Source: Planctomycetota bacterium
GTDB taxonomy: Bacteria > Planctomycetota > UBA1135 > UBA2386
Assembly: GCA_965223545.1 (NCBI GenBank)
Contig: OZ245006.1
Coordinates: 4,672,001-4,736,000, forward strand
DNA length: 64,000 bases
Direction of reading: 5' to 3'
The notes under the pieces were generated by a model. That model was not told the origin of the DNA. It worked only from the letters and a program-made list of their open reading frames with translations, and made no database searches. Positions 50,886 through 61,821 of this stretch are shown here, in pieces; the first letter of the stretch is position 1, and each line of letters starts with the position of its first letter. A program made the translations under genes and the position numbers.

Positions 50886-52289
50886 ATGGTGGGCGCATCG
50901 GTGGACCGGCCGCGCGGGTGGCGTGCACTGGGTCGCGGCGCGGTCGTGAGCGGCGTCGTTCTCGGTGCGGCCTTCGTGCTCTCTTGGCTCGGTCGAGACG
51001 GCGGTGCGATCTGGTCATCACCGCTCGTGCCGCCGGCGACGACGACGCCGAAGCAGGTCGACCCCGCCGCTCGTGCACCAGCTGTGCCTTTGCTGTCGGA
51101 CGAGGAGGCCGCCGAGGCCGGCGCGCGCTCCGACCCACCTGCACCACGGATCCCGGTTGCGGCTGCGGACTCGGCCGGGGGATCCGGTGCGGTTGCCACT
51201 CCGGCCCACGTCGGTCTCGTGCGCTTCGCGGTGCGCGATTCCACTGGTGCGTCGCCGGACGCGGTCACGATCCGGTTTGGCAGCGTGGACCGCTGGGGCG
51301 AGTACCACGGCGCGGCGGCGGCAACCACCCGCCTGACCGCCGGTGTGTACGACCTGATCGTGTCGCTCGGCGGACACGAGCCGCTTTCGCGGGCCGGCGT
51401 CGAGGTGCGACCGCAACACGTCACCGACTTGGGAGTGTTGCAGTTGGTGCGCGGAGCGGGCGCGATCGGCGGCACGATCGCCGGTCCGGCCGTGGCTGCC
51501 GACGAGTCCGTCCGGGTGGCGCTCTTCGGCCGCGGCCGTGCGCGGTGTGGGCTGTGCCCGACCTCGGCGGTCGAGCGCGATGGTCACGCCGCTTGTTGTG
51601 GCTACTCCGAGCGCTCGACTTCGCGCAGCGTGGATGCCGACCGACGCTTCCTCTTCCGCGGCCTGGCGGCCGGCGTCTATCACCTCGTGGTGCGCATCGG
51701 CACCGCCCGTCATCCGGTGGTCCGCACCGTGGAGTTGGCGCGCGGAGACACCGAAATGGTCACGATCACTCGAGAAGCGGAGCACTCGGTATCGCTGCGG
51801 CTGCTGCGTGCAGACGGCGCTCCGTACTTTGCGCGCGCGGATCGCGGCATCCGGTCGGTCAGCGCGGAGGATCTCGTCGAAGAGTCCGAAGGTCATGAGG
51901 ACTCGTTCTTGGTGTTTCGTGCGCTCGAGGACGAGGCGCTGCTCGGGTCGGCGACGGCACAGGTGTATCTGGACCGGGGCGCCTGGATGACCGAGGTCTC
52001 GGTGAGCGAGGCCTGGGCGGTCGTAGCCGACCTCGAGGCGCCGATCGACCGCGCCCGCGGACCGCGGGATGAGCTGCGGTTTTCCTCCCCGCGCCCGCGC
52101 CCGGCAGTCTCGATCGACGCAGTCGGGCGCGATGCCAACCACTGGACGCTGGCGCCGTTGCCGGCACGGCAGCTTCGCATCGAGGTGGCTTTCCGCGGCG
52201 ATGCGGGGGCCGCGGTGGTCGACCTTCGCCACGGCAACCGGGATGGCGTTGGTGTCGTCCTGCGCCCGCGGAGGCGGGCTGGTTCTTGA
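50886..52289 (+). CDS. Membrane-anchored protein with carboxypeptidase-regulatory-like (beta-sandwich) domains
   Basis: N-terminal TM segment, LTAGVYDLIV and FRGLAAGVYHL repeats, CGLC...CC insert. Confidence 0.62.
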   Translation: MVGASVDRPRGWRALGRGAVVSGVVLGAAFVLSWLGRDGGAIWSSPLVPPATTTPKQVDPAARAPAVPLLSDEEAAEAGARSDPPAPRIPVAAADSAGGSGAVATPAHVGLVRFAVRDSTGASPDAVTIRFGSVDRWGEYHGAAAATTRLTAGVYDLIVSLGGHEPLSRAGVEVRPQHVTDLGVLQLVRGAGAIGGTIAGPAVAADESVRVALFGRGRARCGLCPTSAVERDGHAACCGYSERSTSRSVDADRRFLFRGLAAGVYHLVVRIGTARHPVVRTVELARGDTEMVTITREAEHSVSLRLLRADGAPYFARADRGIRSVSAEDLVEESEGHEDSFLVFRALEDEALLGSATAQVYLDRGAWMTEVSVSEAWAVVADLEAPIDRARGPRDELRFSSPRPRPAVSIDAVGRDANHWTLAPLPARQLRIEVAFRGDAGAAVVDLRHGNRDGVGVVLRPRRRAGS

Positions 52290-52411
52290 GCGGCGCTGCG
52301 TCCGCCAAGCGGCGCAGAACAGCGAGATCCGCTCGGAAACACACCGGCGGCGCGAAGATTGCAGTCAGCCAAAACTGCGTGGTTTCGCCGTCTTCGGTCG
52401 CGCGCTGTCCT

Positions 52412-53707
52412 ATGGTCTCGCCCATGCACGTCACGCACCCACGTTCGGTGGCGACGCTGCGGCGCGCGTTCTCCCGCATCCGCGGCGAGACGAGACGCCT
52501 GGTCGACCCGCTCACGCCGGAGGACTGCATCGTCCAGACGATGCCCGACGTCAGTCCGACGCGGTGGCACTTGGCACACACGACGTGGTTCTTCGAGACG
52601 TTTGTCCTGGCGGCAGTGGAGGAGGACTACGAGCCCTTCGATCCCGCGTTCGCCTATCTGTTCAACTCGTACTACGAATCGGTCGGCAACCAGTATCCCC
52701 GCGCGCAGCGCGGCTTGCTGTCGCGCCCTGGCCTGGCGCGGGTCCTGGACTACCGCCGGGAGGTCGAGCAGCGCGTGTTGGCTTGGCTGGAGCGGGTCGA
52801 CCCGGAGCGCGACGCCGCCATGTTGGCGCGCATCGAGCTCGGGCTGCAGCACGAGCAGCAGCATCAAGAGCTGATCTTGACCGACATCAAGCACGTGCTG
52901 GGGCACAACCCGATCGGTCCGGTCTATCGCCACGACGCAATCGACGAGCGGCCGATCCAAGCACCACCGTTGCGCTACTCGCGGCATGCCGAGGGGTTGG
53001 CCGAGATCGGTGTTGCTCGTGACGCCAGGCACTTCTGCTTCGACAACGAGCGGCCGCGGCATCGCGTGTTCCAGCCGGCGTTCGAGTTCGCCAGCCGGCT
53101 CGTCACCAACTCCGAGTATCTCGAGTTCATGACAGACGGCGGCTACGAGCGGCCGGAGCTGTGGCTGGCGGACGGTTGGGCCACGGTGCGGCGCGACGGG
53201 TGGAACGCGCCACTGTATTGGCGCCGAGTGGATGGCGAGTGGCGTGAGTTCACGTTAGCGGGGGTCGTCTCGCTCCGGCCGGCGCGGCCGGTGTGCCACG
53301 TGAGTTATTACGAAGCGGATGCCTTCGCCCGCTGGGCGGGAGCCCGGTTGCCGACCGAGGCCGAGTGGGAGATCGCGGCGTCCGGATCGAGCACCGAGTC
53401 GCCGCCTGACGGCGCCGTGCACCCGCGCGCGGCCTCGGCCATGGAAGACCATGACCCGGTCCGTGCAACCCAGCTCTACGGCGATGTCTGGCAGTGGACC
53501 TCTAGCGCCTATGCTCCCTACCCGGGATACCGACCGCTGGCGGGCTCGCTCGGCGAGTACAACGGCAAGTTCATGAGCGGCCAGCAGGTGCTGCGGGGCA
53601 GCTCGTGCGCCACCCCGCTCGGTCACGCGCGCTCCAGCTACCGCAACTTCTTCTACCCCCACCAGCGCTGGCAGTTCGCGGGCCTGCGGTTGGCTCGCGA
53701 CGTGTGA
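52412..53707 (+). CDS. egtB: Ergothioneine biosynthesis sulfoxide synthase
   Basis: SPTRWHLAHTTWFFE, RAQRGLLSRP, HEQQHQEL, RLPTEAEWE, EYNGKFM, YRNFF. Confidence 0.93.
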   Translation: MVSPMHVTHPRSVATLRRAFSRIRGETRRLVDPLTPEDCIVQTMPDVSPTRWHLAHTTWFFETFVLAAVEEDYEPFDPAFAYLFNSYYESVGNQYPRAQRGLLSRPGLARVLDYRREVEQRVLAWLERVDPERDAAMLARIELGLQHEQQHQELILTDIKHVLGHNPIGPVYRHDAIDERPIQAPPLRYSRHAEGLAEIGVARDARHFCFDNERPRHRVFQPAFEFASRLVTNSEYLEFMTDGGYERPELWLADGWATVRRDGWNAPLYWRRVDGEWREFTLAGVVSLRPARPVCHVSYYEADAFARWAGARLPTEAEWEIAASGSSTESPPDGAVHPRAASAMEDHDPVRATQLYGDVWQWTSSAYAPYPGYRPLAGSLGEYNGKFMSGQQVLRGSSCATPLGHARSSYRNFFYPHQRWQFAGLRLARDV

Positions 53708-53731
53708 ACGCGCAAGACAGAGACAGTGCCG

Positions 53732-54001
53732 TCAGGATCGCCGGCGCCGGCTGTTGCCGCGTTCCGGAGGGGTCGGCCGACTCCCGTCGCTCGGGCTTGC
53801 GCGCCCGGCGAACTCCAGCAGGGCCTCGCCACCGAAGGTGAGATAGCCACCGATCAGCAAGCCCGGCGCCGCTGCCTTCGCGGCCAGCCAACCCGCCTCG
53901 TTGGCGATGAGGGCGGCGCTGAGCAGGCCGCTGATCGCGGTGGTGAGCATGTAGATGCCGATCACTTTGACCGCGAGCCACAGCCACTCATGTCTGTTCA
54001 T
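53732..54001 (-). CDS. Small two-TM membrane protein
   Basis: MNRHEWLWLAVKVIGIYML...; two hydrophobic segments. Confidence 0.55.
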   Translation of the reverse strand: MNRHEWLWLAVKVIGIYMLTTAISGLLSAALIANEAGWLAAKAAAPGLLIGGYLTFGGEALLEFAGRASPSDGSRPTPPERGNSRRRRS

Positions 54002-54084
54002 CGCCGGAGTGTAGTCTCGGCTCCGCCCGATATTCACTCTTGCGCGACACGCCCTCGCCGGTGTGGTCTCGCCGGCGCGCGACA

Positions 54085-55890
54085 CTAACGGTCCCGCGAT
54101 CGCACCCAGCGCAGGATGCGCGAACGCGGCAGCACGGCGGCAGGTTCGGGTGGGGCGAACCCGAGCGCGCGCAGCTCCGCTTCGCGGGCGAGGCGCCGGG
54201 CCTCGATGCCGCCGTGCGCGCGCAGGCGCCGGCGGGCGGGCGTGGAGTCGTTGCCGTCGGAGACGACGATCGAGTACGCGACGGGGGCGGTGGCGAGCCG
54301 CGCTTGGTCGAGAAACCGCGCGGGGTTCCGCATTCCCAAGCGCAGCAGGCGCGCGTGGATCAGCGGCCCGGCCTCGACCAGCACAGCGTCCTCGCGCGGC
54401 AGGTGCTCGGCGAGCCAGGCGGTGGCCGCGTCGATGTCGAGGTAGCCCAAGTGCCAGGGGTTGTCGACGTGGGGACGCAACGCGACCGCGCGCGTCGCCT
54501 GGCCGGCGGCGAGTACGCCGCAGACCGCGACAGCCAGTATGATGCCGAGCGGCCGCCCGCCGGCGGTCCACCGCGCGACCTGGGCGATGCCGGTGCCGGT
54601 GATGGTCGCGGCCGTGAGGAAGAGATAGGGCAGCGCCCACATCGGTGGCGCCAGCCCGGTCGCGGCGTAGACGAGGGCGTAGCCGCCGAGGGCGGCGCTG
54701 GCCAACGGCCAGCCGCGCACCAGTCCCGCGAAGAAGCACAGCAGCGCCGGGAAACGGAGTGCGGCTGGCAAGCAGTAGAGGTACTGCTCGCCGAGCTCGG
54801 CAAGCAGACCGGCGGCTGCCGCCAGCGAGTGCGTTTCGCGCCCCGCCAGCCACGCCAGCTGCACGCCGGTATCGTCCGTGCTCGGGGTCACAAAGAAGGC
54901 CGGCATGTAGGCCAAGGCGGCGAGAGCGGCACCGGCCAGCGCCGCGGTCGCGGCGCGCCGCAGCGCCGTGGTCGCGGCAGCCCCACCGCGTGGCGTCGCG
55001 CGCAGTCCGGCCAAGAGCACGACGCAGGCCAGCGGATAGGCCATCATCGGCACCGCGAACAGCCCGAGGGCGGCGACGGTGGCGAAGGCCCAGGCGGCGA
55101 CCGGCGGGGCGCGATCCGCGGTCGATCGCACCAGCAGCAACAACCCGGCGAACGCCGCGTTGATCATCGTGTAGCCGCGCGCGTTGGTGCACAGATCGAC
55201 GTGGTAGTACGACGTGGCGACCAGCGCGGCGACACAGAGCGCGGCCGAGGTGCCGCCGTGCCGGCGCACCGCGGCGGCGAGCAGCGCGATGGTGGCGAGT
55301 CCGAACAGGAAGGCCGGCAAGCGCAGCACCGGATCGCTTTCGCCCAAGACGAGCGTTGCCGTCCGGGCTGCCATGGAATGCAGGATGTGGTTGTTCGGAT
55401 CGGCGTAGTCGGTGGCGATCCGCACGTACGACGCGCGCACCGAATGCAAGAGCGTGTGTGCCTCGTCGACACGCAGGCCGAGCGAGAGGCGGGGCACGGT
55501 CAGCAGAGCTGCCAGCGCGATGATGGCGAGCAGCGCACCGCGCGCCGCCGTCCACCGCCAGCCGACGTCGTGCCAGGCGGTGCGCAGCTCGGCGGCGCGG
55601 GCGGCGAGCGTGGCGCGCAGCGCCGCGCGCCTGCGCACGCAGGTGGCCGCGGCACCGGCCGCCATCGCCGCGATCAACCAGAGCCACGGCCGTCGGCCTT
55701 CGATTTGATGCCACGTCCGGTCGTCGATGTGCCCATCCGCCGAAAGCGTCTCGAGCCAGCCGCGCACGTTGTCGGCGGGCGCGGCTGCTGCGACCGCCGC
55801 GACCAGGGCGACGATCGCACCGCCGGCGGCGAGCCACCACGGCGCCGACCGCCAGCGGCTAAGTTGCAACTGCCTCGACCGCGAGGGCAT
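54085..55890 (-). CDS. GT-C fold glycosyltransferase (family 39/PMT-like)
   Basis: DEAHT, NNHILHS, RLPAFLFG, NARGY; multiple TM helices. Confidence 0.8.
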   Translation of the reverse strand: MPSRSRQLQLSRWRSAPWWLAAGGAIVALVAAVAAAAPADNVRGWLETLSADGHIDDRTWHQIEGRRPWLWLIAAMAAGAAATCVRRRAALRATLAARAAELRTAWHDVGWRWTAARGALLAIIALAALLTVPRLSLGLRVDEAHTLLHSVRASYVRIATDYADPNNHILHSMAARTATLVLGESDPVLRLPAFLFGLATIALLAAAVRRHGGTSAALCVAALVATSYYHVDLCTNARGYTMINAAFAGLLLLVRSTADRAPPVAAWAFATVAALGLFAVPMMAYPLACVVLLAGLRATPRGGAAATTALRRAATAALAGAALAALAYMPAFFVTPSTDDTGVQLAWLAGRETHSLAAAAGLLAELGEQYLYCLPAALRFPALLCFFAGLVRGWPLASAALGGYALVYAATGLAPPMWALPYLFLTAATITGTGIAQVARWTAGGRPLGIILAVAVCGVLAAGQATRAVALRPHVDNPWHLGYLDIDAATAWLAEHLPREDAVLVEAGPLIHARLLRLGMRNPARFLDQARLATAPVAYSIVVSDGNDSTPARRRLRAHGGIEARRLAREAELRALGFAPPEPAAVLPRSRILRWVRSRDR

Positions 55891-55903
55891 GGTCACGGTG
55901 GGC

Positions 55904-58827
55904 TTACATCTCGTCCAGCGAGGGGCCGCGACCGAGCCGTTTGAAGCTCGCACGCTCGCGTGCGCCCAGAAACTCCAGCTCTTCTTCGAGCAGGGCCAGC
56001 AGGTGTCCTCCCTCGGTGGGCGCGCGGTTCTCGAACACCTGCCGGAGGGTCTCGCTGGCGGTTGGCACGGCACTCTCCTTCTTGGCGAGGTCCAGCAGCC
56101 AGTCGACCGAGTCGCACATCTGCGCGAACAGATAGATCGGGCCGCGCCACCACTCCTGCGTCAAGTAGCTGCGCAGACTGAGCGCTCGATTCTCGTGAAA
56201 GTGGCGCGCGACCATGTACTCCTGGTAGCGCAGGTGGCCAAACCCCAGCATGCCGTCATCGGTCATTGGCACGAGGACGTTGCAAGGGTCGGCGAGCTCG
56301 CCGACCGCGTCACGCAGCCGCCGCTGCCTTGCCTCCGGTGCGTCGGTGTCGACTACGCAGCGTTCCAGGGTCTCGATGGGGGCGTCCCGCAGACCCTGCT
56401 GGTGAAGCCAGAAGGCGATCTTGCGCGCGGCGAGCCACAAATCCTCGCGTAACGACGTCAGGCGTCGGAAGCCTCGCTGCGTGTCGTATGCGCCGAGCAG
56501 CAGATTCATCCGTTCTTGGTAGAGGCGAAGTTCCGTTTCTGGCAAAGGGACCGAGGCCTCTTGGAGGATGCAGAGCACCGTGGCGAGGAGTGGTGATTTC
56601 GTGATCTCCGCGACTTCGTGATTCTGTTCAAGGTGCGCCTGGATCCGCAAACTGTCATCGCCCGGGGTATTGGCGAACCAGCTTGCGATGAATGCGTCGC
56701 GCTGCTCGGTACGAAATGGCAGAAGGCGGATCGAGAAGAACGGGAGTTCCGCAACGTACGTGCCGGAGACCCGCGACGACGTGACGACCTGAACGGCGGG
56801 GAAGGTCTGTGCGAACTCGCGGATCTTCTCCAGGATCCAGGGCGCGCTCTTGATGGCCTCGTCGATGCCGTCGAGCAGAAGCACGCAGCGACTCTCGCAG
56901 AACGCTGTCTTGAAGGTTCGGGCGTCGACTCTCCCCCGGGTCAGAGTCGATAGGTAGTCGGTGAGCTGAGTGCACAGATCGGGGTCGGTCCTGGTTCGTG
57001 GAGTGTCCTTGTCTTCGCCACCGCGAGCGCTGGCCACCAGCTGGGCGAGCGGCACGAACAGCGGTAGGTCAACCGTTTCGGAGGTGAGCAGCGTTTCAGC
57101 GTACATCTGGAGTGCCGTGGTCTTGCCGGAGCCCGCCGGTCCGAGAACGGCGAAATTGACGCAGTGGCAAAGACCCGGTCCAGCGGCACTGTCAGCCGAA
57201 ACTCGCTCGTCCGCGGCTCGTCGCGGTGTGGGCAAAGCACGAGCTGACTCATCCGATCTCCACCGAACACAGTATCGATGGACTCGAACAACGTGGCGCA
57301 CTCGGTGATGAACCCCCGCAGCCGATGCACAGCTGGAAGCTGCTCGTTGTATGCGGCGACCGATTCTCGTAGCCACGCGCGCCTGTCTCGCAGGAACTCG
57401 ACAAGCTCGGTGCCATCGAACCGAACCTCGACGTCTGCGACGCGGGCGTGATGAAAGAGTGCACACTCGTCGATGGCGGCGAGCAAGCGGCGGAGACCGG
57501 GCACCAGGCCGGCCGGCGCAGCGGTCTCTTCCCGGGTCCCGGTACTTGGCTCAACCAGCGCGCTGATCGCCGTCACACACTCGTCGTAGGTTTGCAAGAA
57601 CAGCGGTGCGCCGCATTGGGCGACCGCCTGGATGCTCAGCGAGCGGGCGCGTACGTAGAGTTGGAAGTACGCCCAGAAGTCTGGGTTGTGCACGCCAGCG
57701 CGGGCGTGGTCGATCAAGCCCTTGGCGGCGTGGTCAGCGATGTCGATCACGGCCTGGACCTTGCCTATAAGTTGCCTCGTCAGTGGCCGGGGCACGAGGG
57801 TGCGATGGCGCTGCGCCAGCGGCCGCAGCAACCGCGCAAAGTCACCTTTTCCAGTAGTCGCCGTGTGCCAGGACTTGCCGAGAACCAGCGGTTTGCCGTC
57901 GAAGACTTCGTCATCGCAGCTCGCCAGAGCCTGCGCGAATGCGCCGCCGACTTCGAGGTACCTCGGGACCATCGTCTTGGGATCCCTCGCCGCGTCGATC
58001 GCCGCTTGCATCTTCGTCGGCAGCGTGCGCCACGCGATATCTGTGACCCGCACGCCCCAGTCGTTGCGCGCGACCTCGAGTCGATCGCGCTCGTCGTCTT
58101 CCCCGGCGAGCCATAGGTGGGCGTTGATCCAGAAGCGCTCCTCCCTCGCCTCTATCTCTGAGGCGAGGTACTTCGTCACTCCGGGTCGGGCGACGAGAAA
58201 ATCGATGTCGGTATAGATGTCCTTGGCCTGGCGCGGACGTGTGCCTCCTACCGCACCGACGAGGGCTCGATTGTCCAAATGGTCGCGGATGTAGCGCGCC
58301 ATGTCCGTGCTGATCCCCGCGAGGCTGCGAGCAAGAGTGGGGAGCTTCTTTTGGATCAGTTTCGCCAGGACTTGCCCGTCGACGATCTTGAGGTTGCGCG
58401 AACGCAGGCTGGCGATTGGCTCAAACCGTGATTCGAGGACCTTGGTGTCGACCGTGAACGGAGTCACGAAGTACACCGCAGATGGTCTGACCCGGTCGCC
58501 TTCCAGTGTGGGCAGGGTTTTCTCTGCGGCCTGCGACAGCTGGGTCACGATTTCCGAGAACGACCGCTGATCGGAGGCGCGGCGCGTCGGTTGATAGCGC
58601 TTCACCTGAACGACGGCGACCGTCCGGTTCTCGAGCTCGTCGGTGCCCCAGCAGACGAGGTCTTTGCCTTCTTCGTCCACCCCCCCGTAGTACTCCACTC
58701 GCTCGTAGCCGAGCTGTCGGAACAATGGGATCAAGACAGAGCGCGTAAGGTCATACTCGCTCATCTCGATCAAGGCATCGATGATGATCGCACTCGGAGC
58801 TTGCTGCGTTCCCTTGGGGTTGCCCAT
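55904..58827 (-). pseudogene. Frameshifted restriction-endonuclease-like (Mrr/PD-(D/E)xK) + NACHT NTPase gene, ~970 aa if repaired
   Basis: N-terminal EEGKD..VQVK. At 57161-57162 the minus strand reads ACT GC GTC AAT (1 nt missing), then VNFAVLGPAGSGKTT (Walker A), LLLDGIDE (Walker B), SPLL, FGHLRYQEY. Confidence 0.8.
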
Positions 58828-59134
58828 CCGGTTCGTGGGTGCGTCGGTGGCGTTGTTCCCTGCGCCGACCGCGGCATGGTAGCCGACAACCTTGGCTTGT
58901 GCGGCTGTTCAGGATCTCGGAAACCGGTGACTTGCGATTCCCGCACCGACGGTTCGTTGCGTCGGCATTGGCTCTGTCGGCGTGTTTGACGAGGGCGCCG
59001 CGCAGCACTGACGGCCGGAAGTGCGCGGCGCGACGCCAGCGGACTGGCGTCCCTAGCGGCCCGTTCCCGCGGTCCGGCAGCGACTTTCCTTCGCGGCTGC
59101 GCGCCGCGGTGGCGACCGATGGCGCGCAGTCCGG

Positions 59135-61750
59135 TCAGCGCCCGCGACGGGCCTGGATCGCGGCCCGCGTCTCGCGGTCGGTGACTTCCAGCAGGGCGCG
59201 GTAGCGCGCGATCTCGTCGTCGTTGCCCTTGACGAGGTCCATTGCCATGCGGATGACCAGTGCGCGCAGCATCCCCATGGCTTCGGCGTCGATGCCCTCT
59301 GCCGGCAGCAATCCCCACAGCATGCCCAGGAAGTGGGGCTCCAGCACCGAGCCTTGCATCAGCAGCATTTGCATGCCGTGCGCGGCGGCTTGCTCGTCAT
59401 CGGCGCCCCGTAGCCCTCTGGCGATGTCGGCGTACACCTGCGACCGCTTTCGGTAGGTGGCCGGCGCGTGCGCGGCGGCGTGTTCGTAGTGCTCGGCGGC
59501 TTGTTGGGCGTGCGCGCCATCGATGGTGCCGAGCTCGTTCCTGGCGTGGACCACTTGCATCAGCCGGATCGAGCCGAGCAGGTAGGGCTTCTTCCAGCGC
59601 AAGCCCTCGAAGTCTTGCTCCGCGGCTGGCACCGCGACGGCGGCTGCCAGGTCGTAGGCCCGGTCGAACTCGCCGCGGTCGCGATGCAGCTGGGCGAGTG
59701 AGTACATCGAGTTCCAGAAGTGTGGCCGCACGGCCACGGCTTGGCGCAGGTACTCCTCGGCCAGGTCGAGGTCGCCCTGCCGGCGATGGACGATGCCGAG
59801 ATTGAGCAGCGGCCCGTGGCGGTCGGGGCGCAGCGCGAGCGACTCCTCCAGCGCCGTCTCGGCCTCGTCGTAGCGGCCCAACGACAGCAGTGCCGTGCCC
59901 ACCGCGAAGCGCGTGCGCGCGGTGGGACGGCCGTAGCGCCCCTCGAGCTGCAGCGCCTCGGTCAGCAGCGGGCCGAATTGTTGGCGCGCGAGCAGCACGA
60001 TGAGGTGCAGGTCGCGCGCCGGCAGGTAGTGCTGCAGAGCCGGCGCCAGGGCGGCCTCGGCGCGCTCCGCAAAGCCCGGGACGTGCCGGTTGCGCAGCTC
60101 GTGAAACGCTTGCACGTAGCGCTCGGCGTGGCTGCGCGGCGCTGGTAGCTCGTCGAAGCGCACCGCTTCGGTGCCACGGTCGCCGGCCGGAACCGCCAGA
60201 TAGCGCTGCGCCAGCGCGCGGAAGTACTCGCTCTCGTTCTGCTCGGCCAGGATCTCGAAGTCCGCCGCCGCGGCGTTGGCGGTGCCCTGGTCGAGATGGA
60301 TCGCGGCGCGCCACAGTCGCGCAGGCAGGTCGTGGGGAGCCAGCTCGAGCAGCTCGGTCAGCAGAGCGATCTGCTCTTCGTGCTCGGTGGATAGGCTCGC
60401 GACCAGGCGTTGCGAAGGCTGGCCTTCGACGCAGAGATGGGCGGGCAGGGTGGCGTGGATCTCGTCGACGCGCTCGGCGTCACGCCGCGCTTGCGCGTCG
60501 CTCAGCAGCCATAGCGTCACGGGGGCGAGAACGGCGGTGAGGCCGAGGCCGGCAACCGCCGCAGCCCGCGCTGGCCGACGCTGCACCCGGCGCCAGGCGC
60601 GGCCCCAGCGGGTGATCGGCCGGGCCCGCACCGGTAGGTGGGCGAGGAACGCCTGGAGATCGTCGCGCAGGGCCGGCATCGCCGGGTAGCGGCGGCCGGG
60701 GGCGCGCTCCATGCCATGATCGATGATCGCCGCCAGGTCGCGCGGCAGCCGCGGGGTCAGCGCCGATGCCGGCACCGGGTCCTCGGTGACCAGTCGGTGC
60801 AGTACTTCGTGCACGTCGCCGAAGAACGGTGGCCGGCCGGCGACAAGGTGGTAGAGCGTCGCCATCAGGCTCCACACGTCGCCGCTGGCGTCGGGCTGCC
60901 ACTGGCCGGCGGCTTGCTCGGGCGGCATGTACCACGGAGTGCCCAGCACCGTCTCGCTCGCCGTCAGGCGACCGTCATCCGGGCGCGCGGCGATGCCGAA
61001 ATCGAGCAGCACAGCACGGTAGTCGGCGACGATGAAGATGTTGGATGGCTTGATGTCGCGGTGGAAAACGCCGCGCGCGTGCGCGGTCGCGAGGCCGTCC
61101 GCGAGCTCGGCCGCCCAGCGCGCCGCGAGCCGCCGCCACGAGCTCTCGGGAGGTAGTGTGTCGAGCAACGCGGCGACCCAGCGGGTGTCGTCGTCACCGG
61201 CCGTGCCGTTCAACCGCGCCTCGCGCTCGGCGAGCAGCGCCGAAAGGGAGACGCCGGCCAGCTCCTCCATGACCAAGAATGGCAGCCCGGCGTCGCTGCG
61301 GCCCCGATCGAAGACGGCGACGATGTGGGGATGCTGCAGCGTCGCCAACAGCTCGGCCTCGCGCGCGAAGCGCTGCTCGGCGATCTCGTCGGGAAAGGCG
61401 CGCGCCATCACTTTGACGGCGACGTCGCGCTTCAGCTCGAGATCGTGGGCGCGATAGACCGCGCCCATCGCGCCCATTCCCAGGCGCTCTTGCAAGCGGT
61501 AGCGGCCCGAGAGCAGCTCGCCGGCGAGCGGATCGACGGTGTTGGCGTCGCGAAGCAGGGTGGCATCGCCGAGCTGGAGCGCGTCGCGCAGCGGGTCGAT
61601 CAGCTCGGGGTGCGACGCGCACAGGCGGTGGGGATCGACGGCTTCGCCCTGCTCGATCAGCGTCATTGCCTCGCGCAGATAGCGCGCCAGCAGCGTCTCG
61701 TCCCCCGCGATCGGAGCGTCGTCGCCTGGCTCACGTGTGGGAGGGCCCAT
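59135..61750 (-). CDS. Hanks-type Ser/Thr protein kinase with TM segment and TPRs
   Basis: LGMGAMGAVY, VAVK, HRDIKPSN, DFG, GTPWYMPPEQ. Confidence 0.93.
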   Translation of the reverse strand: MGPPTREPGDDAPIAGDETLLARYLREAMTLIEQGEAVDPHRLCASHPELIDPLRDALQLGDATLLRDANTVDPLAGELLSGRYRLQERLGMGAMGAVYRAHDLELKRDVAVKVMARAFPDEIAEQRFAREAELLATLQHPHIVAVFDRGRSDAGLPFLVMEELAGVSLSALLAEREARLNGTAGDDDTRWVAALLDTLPPESSWRRLAARWAAELADGLATAHARGVFHRDIKPSNIFIVADYRAVLLDFGIAARPDDGRLTASETVLGTPWYMPPEQAAGQWQPDASGDVWSLMATLYHLVAGRPPFFGDVHEVLHRLVTEDPVPASALTPRLPRDLAAIIDHGMERAPGRRYPAMPALRDDLQAFLAHLPVRARPITRWGRAWRRVQRRPARAAAVAGLGLTAVLAPVTLWLLSDAQARRDAERVDEIHATLPAHLCVEGQPSQRLVASLSTEHEEQIALLTELLELAPHDLPARLWRAAIHLDQGTANAAAADFEILAEQNESEYFRALAQRYLAVPAGDRGTEAVRFDELPAPRSHAERYVQAFHELRNRHVPGFAERAEAALAPALQHYLPARDLHLIVLLARQQFGPLLTEALQLEGRYGRPTARTRFAVGTALLSLGRYDEAETALEESLALRPDRHGPLLNLGIVHRRQGDLDLAEEYLRQAVAVRPHFWNSMYSLAQLHRDRGEFDRAYDLAAAVAVPAAEQDFEGLRWKKPYLLGSIRLMQVVHARNELGTIDGAHAQQAAEHYEHAAAHAPATYRKRSQVYADIARGLRGADDEQAAAHGMQMLLMQGSVLEPHFLGMLWGLLPAEGIDAEAMGMLRALVIRMAMDLVKGNDDEIARYRALLEVTDRETRAAIQARRGR

Positions 61751-61821
61751 CGCCCCGTCATACCACGACCGGGCCACGGACAGGGAGCGCCACCGCGAGA
61801 GCTCGGGAACTCGTTCTTGGG

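Noticed and set aside
52412..53707. Selenoneine synthase SenA, given Sec use
   Set aside because: Motifs fit canonical EgtB and there is no adjacent senB or selD-like senC.
57150..57180. Programmed frameshift or phase variation in the NACHT gene
   Set aside because: No slippery heptamer or homopolymer tract at the junction; a simple indel is more likely.
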